This document shows, in pieces, positions 25,720 through 35,368 of a DNA stretch of 64,000 bases. A program made the translations under genes and the position numbers. The DNA lies in contig MFHU01000003.1 of assembly GCA_001778695.1 (NCBI GenBank), positions 75,112-139,111 of the forward strand. The letters are read 5' to 3'. The number at the start of each line of letters is the position of its first letter. Position 1 is the stretch's first letter. This DNA comes from Candidatus Giovannonibacteria bacterium RIFCSPHIGHO2_12_FULL_44_22 (GTDB lineage Bacteria > Patescibacteriota > Minisyncoccia > UBA11713 > 2-01-FULL-45-33). Below the pieces are notes generated by a model. That model saw nothing but the letters and a program-made list of their open reading frames with translations. It did no database searches and was not told the origin of the DNA.

Positions 25720-27294
25720 ATGTTAAGCTCATCGGTAATGGATTGGTTCAACAAGTTCACAACAAGCCGGTGGCATTTTTTGTTGGTTATAATTTTGTTG
25801 GGCGCAGCAAATTTTGCTTACGCGTCCGTTGGCGATGTCGCGATTTCCGAAGTTTTATTTGACCCGGCCGGAGGCACGGACACAGGATTAGAATACGTTG
25901 TAATAAAAAATTTTGGTTCCTCCGCGGTGGATGTATCAGGTTGGGATTTATATCCATCGGGCGCCGGATATTTTACTTTGCCCAGCTTTAGTTTAGGTGG
26001 CGGAAAAGAACTTAAAATACATTTGCGGGCAAGCGGTAATAATGATGATGGCAATCTTTACCATACAAATGCTTCTGCCAATATGGGCAACTCATCTGGT
26101 TCTTTGGCGCTTTTTTCTAGCACGACACATAGTAAAGACACGATTATTTCTTATATTAGATATCACAAACCGGGAAGCGGAGAGAGCAAAACATGGGAAA
26201 CGGCCGCCGCGGGCACCGAATTGTGGACTGCCGGAACATTTTTTGATATTTCATCGGGCACTGAAGGAAAAATTTTAAAACTTATTGATTATAATCAAAA
26301 AACGAGCGTGTCCGGCTGGTCTTTGGCTGAAGCTTCTGCTCAAAGCGATGTTGGTGTTGGACCGGCGTCCGTTACAGAAAATGATGTTGCCGCTACATTT
26401 TCCGGAAGCGTTGCTCCGCTGCCGGTGAACCAGATAAAAGCTTATGCCGGGCCGGATCGCGCGGGCATCGCCGGAGGAGAAATATTTTTTGAAGGCTTCG
26501 CCGAAGGTTTGCAAGGCGACCCGTTGGACGGCGCGAGATTTTCTTGGAATTTCGGCGACGGCGCCGCATTAGTAGACGGCAAAAAAATCGGGCACACTTT
26601 TCTTTTTCCAGGCGTTTATACGGTTTCTTTAAACGTGTCCGCGGGAGAATATTCTGCGCTGGATACAGCCAATTTGGTTGTTACCGAGAGCCCACTTTTG
26701 ATTTCTGAGATAAAAACTGGCGCTGATGGCTGGGTTGAGATAAAAAATAATTCAGCTCGGAAAATTGAAATTTCGCGGTTTGGATTTGGAGAAAGTAATT
26801 TCAAGCCATTTTTCTTTCCAGAAAATACTTATTTGGCGCCCTGGGCTTTGGTGGTTTTGGGCACGTCAACTCTGGGATTTATTTTGCCGGAAAGCGGCGA
26901 GATAAAATTGCTTTATCCCAACGGTAAAATTATTTTTTCATCAAATTATCCGAATTTAAATTTAGGGAGCGATGAAAGTTTAAGTCTTGAAAATGGCGGA
27001 CCTGCCTCGCCTGGCGCGAATCAAGGCGGGTGGCTTAAAACAAAAATCACTCCGGGCTTGAAAAACGAGATAACAAAATCTATTGCGCTTTCGGCAAAAA
27101 GTGCCGCGGAACCGAAAGCCAAACCGCCCACGGCCATTGTGGAAAATCTAGGAAACGCCCAAACCGCCTCGGTTATCAGTATTGAAAAACCGTCTTCATT
27201 TTTAAACGACTATTTTTGGCTTTTTGTTGGTCTCGGCGCCGGAATTTTTGCTGGCCTCATTTTTGTGATAATCCGTCACAGTTTTACGTTATAA
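25720..27294 (+). CDS. Cell-surface protein: signal/TM, lamin-tail domain, PKD domain, second lamin-tail domain, C-terminal TM anchor
   Basis: LTD patterns ISEVLFDPAGG..EYVVIKN..VDVSGWDL and LISEIKTGADGWVEIKNNS. PKD-like FSWNFGDGA...GVYTVSLNV. C-terminal hydrophobic anchor. Confidence 0.55.
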   Translation: MLSSSVMDWFNKFTTSRWHFLLVIILLGAANFAYASVGDVAISEVLFDPAGGTDTGLEYVVIKNFGSSAVDVSGWDLYPSGAGYFTLPSFSLGGGKELKIHLRASGNNDDGNLYHTNASANMGNSSGSLALFSSTTHSKDTIISYIRYHKPGSGESKTWETAAAGTELWTAGTFFDISSGTEGKILKLIDYNQKTSVSGWSLAEASAQSDVGVGPASVTENDVAATFSGSVAPLPVNQIKAYAGPDRAGIAGGEIFFEGFAEGLQGDPLDGARFSWNFGDGAALVDGKKIGHTFLFPGVYTVSLNVSAGEYSALDTANLVVTESPLLISEIKTGADGWVEIKNNSARKIEISRFGFGESNFKPFFFPENTYLAPWALVVLGTSTLGFILPESGEIKLLYPNGKIIFSSNYPNLNLGSDESLSLENGGPASPGANQGGWLKTKITPGLKNEITKSIALSAKSAAEPKAKPPTAIVENLGNAQTASVISIEKPSSFLNDYFWLFVGLGAGIFAGLIFVIIRHSFTL

Positions 27295-27302
27295 TTAGAT
27301 AA

Positions 27303-29438
27303 ATGAGCGAAAAACCTGCGGTTTTAGTTTTTACTACCGCTTATTTCCCGTTTGTGGGAGGAGCGGAAGTGGCGATACAGGAAGTGGCAAGAAGGCTCAA
27401 AAATGAGTACGATTTTTTTATTTTTACTTCAAGAATGGACGGCAAACTCCCAGCGCGCGAAAAAAGGCTAGAAGGATTGGTAATCAGAATTGGTTTTGGA
27501 AATAAATTTGATAAATTCTGGCTTTTAATTTTTGGATGGTTTGTAGCTTGGCGGGAATTGAGAAAGTGGCATAGAAAAATTATTTTTTGGGTTATGGATT
27601 TTTCGTTCGGGGCCGCGGTAGCTGGATTTTTGAAAATTTTTTATCCGAAAATTCCGTTGGTTTTTACAATTCAATATGGCTACGGCGACGAAAGAGTTAA
27701 AAAAGGCAGAGGTGGCCTTATGAATTTGGCATTTCGGCTGATACTTTCGCAGGCGGATTATGTTACGGCAATTTCAAATTATTTATTGAATTTATGCAAG
27801 CAGTACGGCTATATTGGCGAGGAAGCGGTAATACACAACGGGGTTGATTTAAAAAAGTTTACAAATCAAGAATCACGAATAGGAAATCATGTGATAATTT
27901 CAACCTCGCGGCGAGTTTACAAAAATGGTCTGGATATTCTGGAAAAGGCCTTCGAGATCATAAAAAAGAAATTTCCAGATGCCGAGTTGAAAATTGTTAG
28001 CGACGTTCCGTATGATGAATTGCCTAAATATTTATGGAAAGCTAGTATCTTCGTCAGACCCTCGCGCTCTGAGGGGATGGGCAATGCGTTTATTGAAGCT
28101 TTAGCGGCCGGATTACCGATAATTGGCACGCCTGTCGGAGGGATTTTAGATATTATTGAGGATGGGCAGACGGGTCTTTTCGCGAAAGTTGACGACCCAC
28201 AAGATTTAGCAGAGAAAATTAAAATTTTACTCGAAGATAAAAAATTGGTGTCGCAAATTATAGAAAATGGTAGAAAAATAGTTGAAGAAAGATTTTCTTG
28301 GGATAAAATCGCGGCGCAATACGCCGAGGTTTTTAATTCGCAATTAAATACAAAAAAAAGAATACTGATAGTCACAGGAATTTTCCCGCCCGATGTCGGT
28401 GGACCGGCGACATACAGCAAAATTTTACTAGACGAGTTGCCTAAAGAAAATTTTTGCGCAAAAGTATTAAGTTTCGGAAGCGTTAAATATTTGCCCAAAG
28501 GCATTAGCCATATTGCTTATTTCCTTAAAGCCATGCGGTTAGGCGCGCGCGCCGATATTATTTTCGCGCAGGATCCGGTGAGTGTGGGGTTGCCCGCGAT
28601 GCTAGCGGCAAAAATTTTGCGCAAAAAATTTATTTTAAAAATCGTGGGCGATTATGCTTGGGAACAAGGCGTTCAGCGGTTCGAGGTGAAAGAGATTTTA
28701 GATGATTTTTTAAATAAGAAATACGGTATTAATGTGGAGGTTTTGAGAAAAATAGAAAAATTTGTCGCAAATCACACAGAAAAAATTATCGTGCCGAGCG
28801 AGTATTTGAAAAAAGTTGTTTCGGCGTGGGGCGTAAATCCGAATAAAATTAAAGTAATTTATAATGCGTTTGATTTTAAAGACTTCGAACACACACTTAG
28901 ACGTCCGACGTCTAAGTTGATTGTTTCGGCGGGTCGTCTTGTTCCGTGGAAAGGATTCGGCACTTTAATTGAGATTATGCCAAAGATTTTAAGAGAAGTG
29001 CCGGACGCGAAGTTGATTATTATTGGAGATGGACCGGAAAGACACAAATTAAAATTACAAGTAGCCACTTGGCGGCTCGGCCGCCAAGTGGAACTTATAG
29101 GAAATCTGCCGCATAAAAAAGTTTTGGAATATCTCGCTTCCGCCGATGCTTTTATTTTAAACACTGCCTACGAAGGATTTTCGCACCAAATTTTGGAGGC
29201 GATGGCAATTGGGGCGCCTGTTATCACGACAAACGTTTGCGGAAATCCGGAGTTGGTGGAAAACAATGTCTCCGGAATTTTGGTCGAATTTAACGATAAG
29301 GAAGCGATTAAAAATTCTATTTTAAAATTATTGAAAGACGAAAAACTTACTCAAAAATTAACCTCCGCCGCTTTCCAAAAATCCAAACAATTTTCAAAAG
29401 AGAGGATGATTAATGAAACGATAAAAATATTATTATGA
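27303..29438 (+). CDS. Tandem two-domain glycosyltransferase (GT4 + GT4)
   Basis: Two EX7E-type motifs: SEGMGNAFIEALAAGLPIIGT and FSHQILEAMAIGAPVITT. Confidence 0.7.
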   Translation: MSEKPAVLVFTTAYFPFVGGAEVAIQEVARRLKNEYDFFIFTSRMDGKLPAREKRLEGLVIRIGFGNKFDKFWLLIFGWFVAWRELRKWHRKIIFWVMDFSFGAAVAGFLKIFYPKIPLVFTIQYGYGDERVKKGRGGLMNLAFRLILSQADYVTAISNYLLNLCKQYGYIGEEAVIHNGVDLKKFTNQESRIGNHVIISTSRRVYKNGLDILEKAFEIIKKKFPDAELKIVSDVPYDELPKYLWKASIFVRPSRSEGMGNAFIEALAAGLPIIGTPVGGILDIIEDGQTGLFAKVDDPQDLAEKIKILLEDKKLVSQIIENGRKIVEERFSWDKIAAQYAEVFNSQLNTKKRILIVTGIFPPDVGGPATYSKILLDELPKENFCAKVLSFGSVKYLPKGISHIAYFLKAMRLGARADIIFAQDPVSVGLPAMLAAKILRKKFILKIVGDYAWEQGVQRFEVKEILDDFLNKKYGINVEVLRKIEKFVANHTEKIIVPSEYLKKVVSAWGVNPNKIKVIYNAFDFKDFEHTLRRPTSKLIVSAGRLVPWKGFGTLIEIMPKILREVPDAKLIIIGDGPERHKLKLQVATWRLGRQVELIGNLPHKKVLEYLASADAFILNTAYEGFSHQILEAMAIGAPVITTNVCGNPELVENNVSGILVEFNDKEAIKNSILKLLKDEKLTQKLTSAAFQKSKQFSKERMINETIKILL
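28894..28921 (+). repeat. Second copy of the CACTTAGACGTCCGACGTCTAAGTTGAT palindromic element
   Basis: Identical 28 nt to 14757-14784. It encodes LRRPTSKL in-frame. Confidence 0.8.
29065..29091 (+). repeat. Hairpin element CCACTTGGCGGC-TCG-GCCGCCAAGTGG (12-bp stem) inside a GT CDS, encoding TWRLGRQV
   Basis: Read directly. A second copy lies at 29835-29873. Confidence 0.8.
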
Positions 29439-30484
29439 AAGTCTTAATGATAAGCGGGGATCCGGGGGTTTTGAATCCGAATAGCGACGCGGGAAAGCGG
29501 ATGGAAGAATATCGCCAAACTCTTGGAACATTAGATATTTTAGTCTGCCGAGGAAATATTTTTAGTTTTATTACAGGATTTTTTCGCGGCGTAAAAATCA
29601 TTCGCAAAAATAAACCCGAAGTTATTACAGCTCAAGATATGGAACATTCTCTATTTGCTTGGATTTTTTCAAGATTATTTAAAGTTCCGTGGCAGATGCA
29701 GATTCATACGGATATTTTTAGTCCGTATTTTTGGCAGGAATCTTTTAAAAATAAAATACGCGTTGTGCTGGCAAAATTCTTGTTGCCTCGAGCAAGTTGT
29801 ATTCGGGTTATGAGCGAAAGAATTAAAGAATCAATAACTTGGCGGCTCGGCCGCCAAGTGGCGGCCGAGTTATTCGTTACAGTTTTGCCAATTTTTGTGG
29901 ATACGGAAAAAATTAAAAATACGCCGATTAAAACCAATCTTCACAAAAAATATCCCGGGCGGTTTATAATTTTGATGGCATCGCGGATAACAAGAGAAAA
30001 AAATATCGTCATGGCCTTAGAGGCCATGCGCGGACTAACGCAGAATGACACGCGGACTAACGCAGAAAAGGTTTTATTGCTGATTATCGGTGATGGGCCG
30101 GAGAAAGAACACTTACGGCGTATGGCGTATAGCTTAAAGCTGGATGAGAGCGTTGTTTTTGAGTCAGCTACTTCCGACCTCGCTTCTTATTATAAAACCT
30201 GCGATTTGTTTTTGCTCACCTCCGATTACGAAGGGTACGGAAGAACTTTGATTGAGGCGGCGGCCATTAAAGCCAAAATAATCTCCTCCGATGTCGGAAT
30301 AGTTCCGGAAATTTTAGAGTTGGATTGTATTTTTAAAATTGGTGATAAGGATGGTTTGGCTGAAAAAATCAACGCCGCTTTGGCAGGCCAACTCAAGCCG
30401 CCAAAACCTGTGATTTTTCAAACAAAAGAGGAATATCTAAGATTATATAAGAATAACTTGGAACAATGCCAAAAAATATTTTAA
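29435..30484 (+). CDS. Glycosyltransferase family 4
   Basis: C-terminal YEGYGRTLIEAAAIKAKIISSDVG. Confidence 0.6.
   Translation: MKVLMISGDPGVLNPNSDAGKRMEEYRQTLGTLDILVCRGNIFSFITGFFRGVKIIRKNKPEVITAQDMEHSLFAWIFSRLFKVPWQMQIHTDIFSPYFWQESFKNKIRVVLAKFLLPRASCIRVMSERIKESITWRLGRQVAAELFVTVLPIFVDTEKIKNTPIKTNLHKKYPGRFIILMASRITREKNIVMALEAMRGLTQNDTRTNAEKVLLLIIGDGPEKEHLRRMAYSLKLDESVVFESATSDLASYYKTCDLFLLTSDYEGYGRTLIEAAAIKAKIISSDVGIVPEILELDCIFKIGDKDGLAEKINAALAGQLKPPKPVIFQTKEEYLRLYKNNLEQCQKIF
29835..29873 (+). repeat. Second copy of the TTGGCGGCTCGGCCGCCAAGTGG hairpin element, extended by CGGCCGAGTTATT
   Basis: ACTTGGCGGCTCGGCCGCCAAGTGG is identical to 29067-29091. It encodes TWRLGRQV. Confidence 0.8.
30011..30072 (+). 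repeat. Hairpin ATGGCCT-TAG-AGGCCAT followed by a tandem 22-bp duplication (CGCGGACTAACGCAG x2) inside a GT4 CDS
   Basis: Read directly. It encodes MALEAMRGLTQNDTRTNAEK. Confidence 0.7.
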
Positions 30485-31509
30485 TTCTTACTCAAAAAGT
30501 TGACAAGAATGATGATAATCTAGGTTTTTTTCATCGCTGGTTGGAGAAATTTGCCGAGAAAACGGGCAAGATTTTTGTCATCGCGAATTTTATCGGCGAG
30601 TATAATTTGCCGGCCAATGTTCAGGTTTTTTCTTTGGGTAAAGAAAAAAGATTGGGCAGAGTTAGGCGCTATATAAACTTTTATAAATATCTTTTTAAAA
30701 CTTTGCCCAAATCGGATGCCGTATTTGTGCATATGATTCCGGCTTGGGTGGTTTTAGTTTGGCCAGTGGCCGCGATTTATAGAAAAAAAATATATTTGTG
30801 GTATACGCACAAATCACTAACTTTTTCGCTTCGGCTTGCCGAAAAATTGGTTGCTAAAATTTTCACGGCTTCTCTTGAAAGCTGCCGTTTAAATTCTAAA
30901 AAAATCGCGGTTGTTGGCCATGGGATTGATACGGAACATTTTAAGCCCAAAGATTTTCCGCATGACCAGGGCGCGTTTAGACTTCTTAGTGTTGGCCGGG
31001 TAACTCCTTCCAAAGATTATGAATTTTTGTTGGAAGCCATGGAGGCTTTAAAAATCCGCGGCTATAGCGCGGTTTTAGATGTTGTGGGTGCTCCGATAAC
31101 CTCCGCAGATTTTAGCTATAAAAATAAGCTTGATGATTTAATTAAAAAGAGAGGATTGCAAAACATTGTCAATTTTATTGGACCAAAAATTTACGCAGAA
31201 ATTCCAGATGTTTATAACGGCCACGATTTATTGCTTCACGCAAGCGAAACCGGAAGCCTTGATAAAGCTGTTTTAGAAGCAATGGCTTGCGGTTTGCCGC
31301 CAGTAACAACCAACGAAGCTTTTAAGAATATTCTGGCGGCCCTGCCCGTCCGGCAGGCGGGGCGGTATGTGTCGCGCAAGAATAGCAGTGAAATGACAGG
31401 AAAAATTATCCAACTAAAAAACACTGGGAAAAATTTATCTTTGCGCGAAATAATAATACAAAACCATAACTTAAATAATTTGATTAAGAAAATTATGGAA
31501 AATTTATGA
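30466..31509 (+). CDS. Glycosyltransferase family 4
   Basis: HASETGSLDKAVLEAMACGLPPVTT. Confidence 0.6.
   Translation: MPKNILILTQKVDKNDDNLGFFHRWLEKFAEKTGKIFVIANFIGEYNLPANVQVFSLGKEKRLGRVRRYINFYKYLFKTLPKSDAVFVHMIPAWVVLVWPVAAIYRKKIYLWYTHKSLTFSLRLAEKLVAKIFTASLESCRLNSKKIAVVGHGIDTEHFKPKDFPHDQGAFRLLSVGRVTPSKDYEFLLEAMEALKIRGYSAVLDVVGAPITSADFSYKNKLDDLIKKRGLQNIVNFIGPKIYAEIPDVYNGHDLLLHASETGSLDKAVLEAMACGLPPVTTNEAFKNILAALPVRQAGRYVSRKNSSEMTGKIIQLKNTGKNLSLREIIIQNHNLNNLIKKIMENL
31341..31364 (+). repeat. Short hairpin CCTGCC-CGTCC-GGCAGG followed by CGGGG; a family member of the gyrB insert
   Basis: Shares CCTGCCCGT and GCAGGCGGGG with 16217-16253. Confidence 0.5.
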
Positions 31510-32339
31510 GAGAAAAAATTCCATGCTCTATTGGTGTTCTCACTTTAAACTCGGGCGGCACTTTGAGGCGCTGTTTGGATTCGCTTAAAGATTTTACAGA
31601 AATCATAATTTGCGACGGCAATAGCACTGACAACACTTTGGAAATCGCCAGGGAGTATGGCGCCAAAATCGTAAAACAGTACGATTCCGATGAGCCGAAT
31701 TTGCGTTGTGAAAAAGACAAGGCCAATGTCCGGATGCGCAATATGCGAGCGGCTTCTTACGACTGGTATTTTTTTATGGATTCGGACGATATACTCCCCG
31801 ATGGAATTACGGAAGAGATTAGAAGCATAGTAACGAATCCTGGTCCGCAATTTTTAGTTTATCGTATGCCCGGGCGTATTTTTATTGATGGACGAGAGAT
31901 AAAACACGAAGCTAGTTACCCTTCGTATCAGACTAGATTGATAAACCGAAAAATCAATCCTTATTTCAAAGGCCGCGTGCATGACCGTCTGGAATTTGAC
32001 CGCAAAAAATATAAAGTAGGGGAATTAAAAAATTATTATGACTTTCATTGGTCAAAAGACCGGGTCCAAAATTATTGGAAGTATCTTAAAATGTATTCCG
32101 GTTGGGAGGCGGAAGTCGCTAACGGCGGGCCGTGGCTGGCATTTTTTTACTGGTGTGTTTATAAACGACTCCGCATCATCGCCGGATATCTCTATAGAAT
32201 TCCTTTAATGTATTTGCGGTACGGATTCCGGGATTCCATGCCTTTAAAACTTCAGCTTTTAACCTTGTGGTATCATTTTTATCTTTTATATTTATTTACC
32301 AAGAAGCAAATTTTTTATGTGCGCAATAAATGGGTTTAA
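31506..32339 (+). CDS. Glycosyltransferase family 2
   Basis: GT-A fold: IGVLTLNSGGTL...ICDGNSTDNT and the DxD motif FMDSDD. Confidence 0.6.
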   Translation: MREKIPCSIGVLTLNSGGTLRRCLDSLKDFTEIIICDGNSTDNTLEIAREYGAKIVKQYDSDEPNLRCEKDKANVRMRNMRAASYDWYFFMDSDDILPDGITEEIRSIVTNPGPQFLVYRMPGRIFIDGREIKHEASYPSYQTRLINRKINPYFKGRVHDRLEFDRKKYKVGELKNYYDFHWSKDRVQNYWKYLKMYSGWEAEVANGGPWLAFFYWCVYKRLRIIAGYLYRIPLMYLRYGFRDSMPLKLQLLTLWYHFYLLYLFTKKQIFYVRNKWV

Positions 32340-34137
32340 CTTCAAAGACGAGGGGCTGATCTTGAAAATGAATCAGGCAACGCGCCACAGGGGCCCAGAC
32401 GGCACAGGAATTTTTTTGGGCGAAAAAATTTCTTTAGGGCATAATCGCTTAAGCATAATTGACTTGAGCGATGCCGCAAATCAGCCTATGTTTTCCTCCG
32501 ACGGCAATTTAGTGATTAGTTTTAACGGAGAAATTTATAATTTCCGCGAGATTAAAAGAGAATTTGAAGATTTTTATAAATTTAAAACCAATAGCGACAC
32601 GGAAGTTATTTTAGCCGCTTATCAAAAATGGGGCGCCGAATTCGTTAAAAAATTAAACGGGATTTTTGCTTTTGTAATTTGGGACAAAACTAAAGAAGAA
32701 TTATTTTTAGCGAGAGACCACATAGGCTTGAAGCCTTTATATTATTTTTTGGATGGCGATAGATTTATTTTTTCTTCTGAAATTAAAGCTATTTTGGAGC
32801 ATGATGTGCCTCGGAAGCTCAACCGCGAAGCATTTAATATTTATTTAAGAACGCTTTACGCGCCGGCGCCGCTCACTATGTTTGAAGGAATTTATAAATT
32901 CCCGCAGGCGCATTATGGCGTTTTCTCCGCCAAAGGCGGATCTGCCTCGGGCGGAAAAAATGGCGAATTTAAACTCACAAAATATTGGGAAATTCCAGTA
33001 ATAAAATATTTTGATACTCCTTTTAAAATTTTGGCGAAAAATTTGCGCGGTGAAATTTTAAAAAGCGTGGAGCGGCAATTAATTTCCGACCGGCCGATCG
33101 GGCTTTACCTTTCCGGCGGGATTGATTCCAGCGCGGTGCTAGATGCTATGCATGAATTTAGAAACAATATTGATACTTTTTCAGTGGGCTTTGAATTGCC
33201 TAATAAAGATGACGAAAATAAATTCAACCAGGATTTTTATTTGGCCAAGCGCACGGCGGCGCTCTATGGGACCAGGCACCATGAAATTTTATTGGAAGAA
33301 AAAGAAGTGCTGAATCTTTGGGAAAAAGTTTTTTTACAGCTTGACGAGCCGATTGCCAACTCCACTGCCATCCCGATGATGAAATTAGCCGAATTCACCA
33401 AGGGCCATGGGGTAGATGTGGTTTTGGGAGGCGACGGCGGGGACGAACTTTTCGGAGGGTACGAAAGATACAGATTGAGCAGAATTATTGGCTATTTCCC
33501 AAAAATATTGTCATTTTTGCCAAAGGGAGTGGACATATTTTCCCGTTTTATGTTTCAAAAAGATCCTGTTTTAAATGAAGTTTTGCAAAAAAAGTTTTTT
33601 GACAGAGAAGTTTCAAGATCGTTTTTTGAAGAACGCTATTTTAAAGAAAATCCGTTCAAAACTTTTGAGGAACTTTTTATGGACGTGGACAGGCGGACGT
33701 GGCTTGTTGATGAGTCGCTAATGCGGACGGATAAAATGTCTATGTTCTCGGCGGTTGAGGCGAGGGCGCCTCTTTTGGACAAAAATCTTATTGAATTCGC
33801 GGCGAAAATTCCCAGAAAATACAAAGTCAGCGCATTCAACACAAAAATTATTTTAAAAGAGGCGTTTATGGGACGGATTCCGGATTTTTTATTATCCCAG
33901 CCGAAACGTGGCTGGTTTTCTCCGGCGGCCAAATGGTTGAGGAACCCCCAAATTCATGCTACCGCTAAAAATATTCTCTCCAAAAATTATTACGCCGAAA
34001 CCGCGCCTATATTTAATTGGGAAAATGTTGATAAAATTCTAAAAGACCATATTGAAGGCAGAAGATACAACCTCACAATTTTGTGGGCGTTGATTAATTT
34101 TCAAGTTTGGGCGAAACTCTATAAAGTTAAATTATGA
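32317..34137 (+). CDS. asnB: Asparagine synthetase (glutamine-hydrolysing)
   Basis: N-terminal MCAING with catalytic Cys2. PP-loop SGGIDSS. 606 aa. Confidence 0.85.
   Translation: MCAINGFNFKDEGLILKMNQATRHRGPDGTGIFLGEKISLGHNRLSIIDLSDAANQPMFSSDGNLVISFNGEIYNFREIKREFEDFYKFKTNSDTEVILAAYQKWGAEFVKKLNGIFAFVIWDKTKEELFLARDHIGLKPLYYFLDGDRFIFSSEIKAILEHDVPRKLNREAFNIYLRTLYAPAPLTMFEGIYKFPQAHYGVFSAKGGSASGGKNGEFKLTKYWEIPVIKYFDTPFKILAKNLRGEILKSVERQLISDRPIGLYLSGGIDSSAVLDAMHEFRNNIDTFSVGFELPNKDDENKFNQDFYLAKRTAALYGTRHHEILLEEKEVLNLWEKVFLQLDEPIANSTAIPMMKLAEFTKGHGVDVVLGGDGGDELFGGYERYRLSRIIGYFPKILSFLPKGVDIFSRFMFQKDPVLNEVLQKKFFDREVSRSFFEERYFKENPFKTFEELFMDVDRRTWLVDESLMRTDKMSMFSAVEARAPLLDKNLIEFAAKIPRKYKVSAFNTKIILKEAFMGRIPDFLLSQPKRGWFSPAAKWLRNPQIHATAKNILSKNYYAETAPIFNWENVDKILKDHIEGRRYNLTILWALINFQVWAKLYKVKL
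32926..32956 (+). repeat. GC-rich palindromic mini-insert in asnB encoding (S)AKGGSASGG(K)
   Basis: TCCGCC...GGCGGA arms. Paralogous to the gatA element at 7889-7918. Confidence 0.6.
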
Positions 34138-35246
34138 AAAAGCTTGTTTATATTGCCAACGCCCGCATTCCCACTGAAAAAGCGCACGGGATCCAGATTA
34201 TGAAAATGTGCGAGGCATTCTCTGCTCAAGTGGTTGATGTTGAGTTGGTATTGCCTAGGCGCTTAAATCGCATTAAAGAAAATCCGTTTGATTATTACGG
34301 CGTTAAAAAGAATTTTAAAATCACCAAACTGCCCACTATAGATTTTATTACTTTAGGCCTAGGACAGATAGGATTTTTTCTCGAGACTTTTATATTTCTA
34401 ATTGCGTCTAGAATCTATTTATTTTTTAGAAGCTACGATATTTTATATACGCGCGAAGAGTGGGCTGGACTGTTTTTTAGAGATTTTGGCGTAGAAATTC
34501 ATTCTTTGCCGGCTAGACCGAGTTTTTTACATAAAAAAACCTGGCGGAAAGCCAAAGCAATTTTTACGCTTACCAGCTTTTTAAAAAATGAGCTTATAAA
34601 ATTCGGCGTTTCGGAAAATAAAATTCTAATCTTGCCGGATGCGGTGGATTTAGCTAAATTTGACATAAAAATTTCCAAAGAGGAGGCAAGAGAAAAACTA
34701 AACTTACCGCAGGACAAAAAAATTATTTTATACATCGGAAGTTTTTATCTTTACGATTGGAAGGGAACCGATGTATTATTGGAAGCTGCAAAGAATTTTG
34801 GAGAAGATTTTTTGTTTTTGCTTGTCGGAGGTTCAGAAAAGGAAATCTCAAATCTCAAATCGCAAGTCACAAATCTCAAAAATATTAAGTTTATTGGCCA
34901 TAAGCCATATGCCGAAATTCCAAATTATTTAAAATCCGCCGATATTTTAGTCTTGCCGAATAAAGCTGGGCACAAAATGTCGGAGAAACATACTTCGCCA
35001 CTCAAACTTTTTGAATACATGGCTTCAGGGCGGCCTATTGTGGCATCGGATTTGCTGTCTCTTCGTGAAATTCTCACGGAACAGGAGGCAATATTTTTCA
35101 AACCGGACGACCCATTAGATTTAGCGCTCAAGATTAAAGAAATTTTAGTCAACCAAAGTTTGGCCGAGCAAATATCTCAAAACGCCCGTGAAAAAGTTCA
35201 AAACTACACCTGGCAAAACCGCGCCCATCGCGCATTGATTTTTTGA
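34134..35246 (+). CDS. Glycosyltransferase family 4
   Basis: EKHTSPLKLFEYMASGRPIVASD. Confidence 0.6.
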   Translation: MKKLVYIANARIPTEKAHGIQIMKMCEAFSAQVVDVELVLPRRLNRIKENPFDYYGVKKNFKITKLPTIDFITLGLGQIGFFLETFIFLIASRIYLFFRSYDILYTREEWAGLFFRDFGVEIHSLPARPSFLHKKTWRKAKAIFTLTSFLKNELIKFGVSENKILILPDAVDLAKFDIKISKEEAREKLNLPQDKKIILYIGSFYLYDWKGTDVLLEAAKNFGEDFLFLLVGGSEKEISNLKSQVTNLKNIKFIGHKPYAEIPNYLKSADILVLPNKAGHKMSEKHTSPLKLFEYMASGRPIVASDLLSLREILTEQEAIFFKPDDPLDLALKIKEILVNQSLAEQISQNAREKVQNYTWQNRAHRALIF

Positions 35247-35368
35247 GTGAACTCACTCCCGGCTATTTATTTTTTCTAAATTTTAGTGCCAAAACCACGT
35301 AAAGAGAATCAAAAATATCGCGCATAGAAACTTGCTTTGAGCAAATTTTGTTATATTATTGTACCAAT

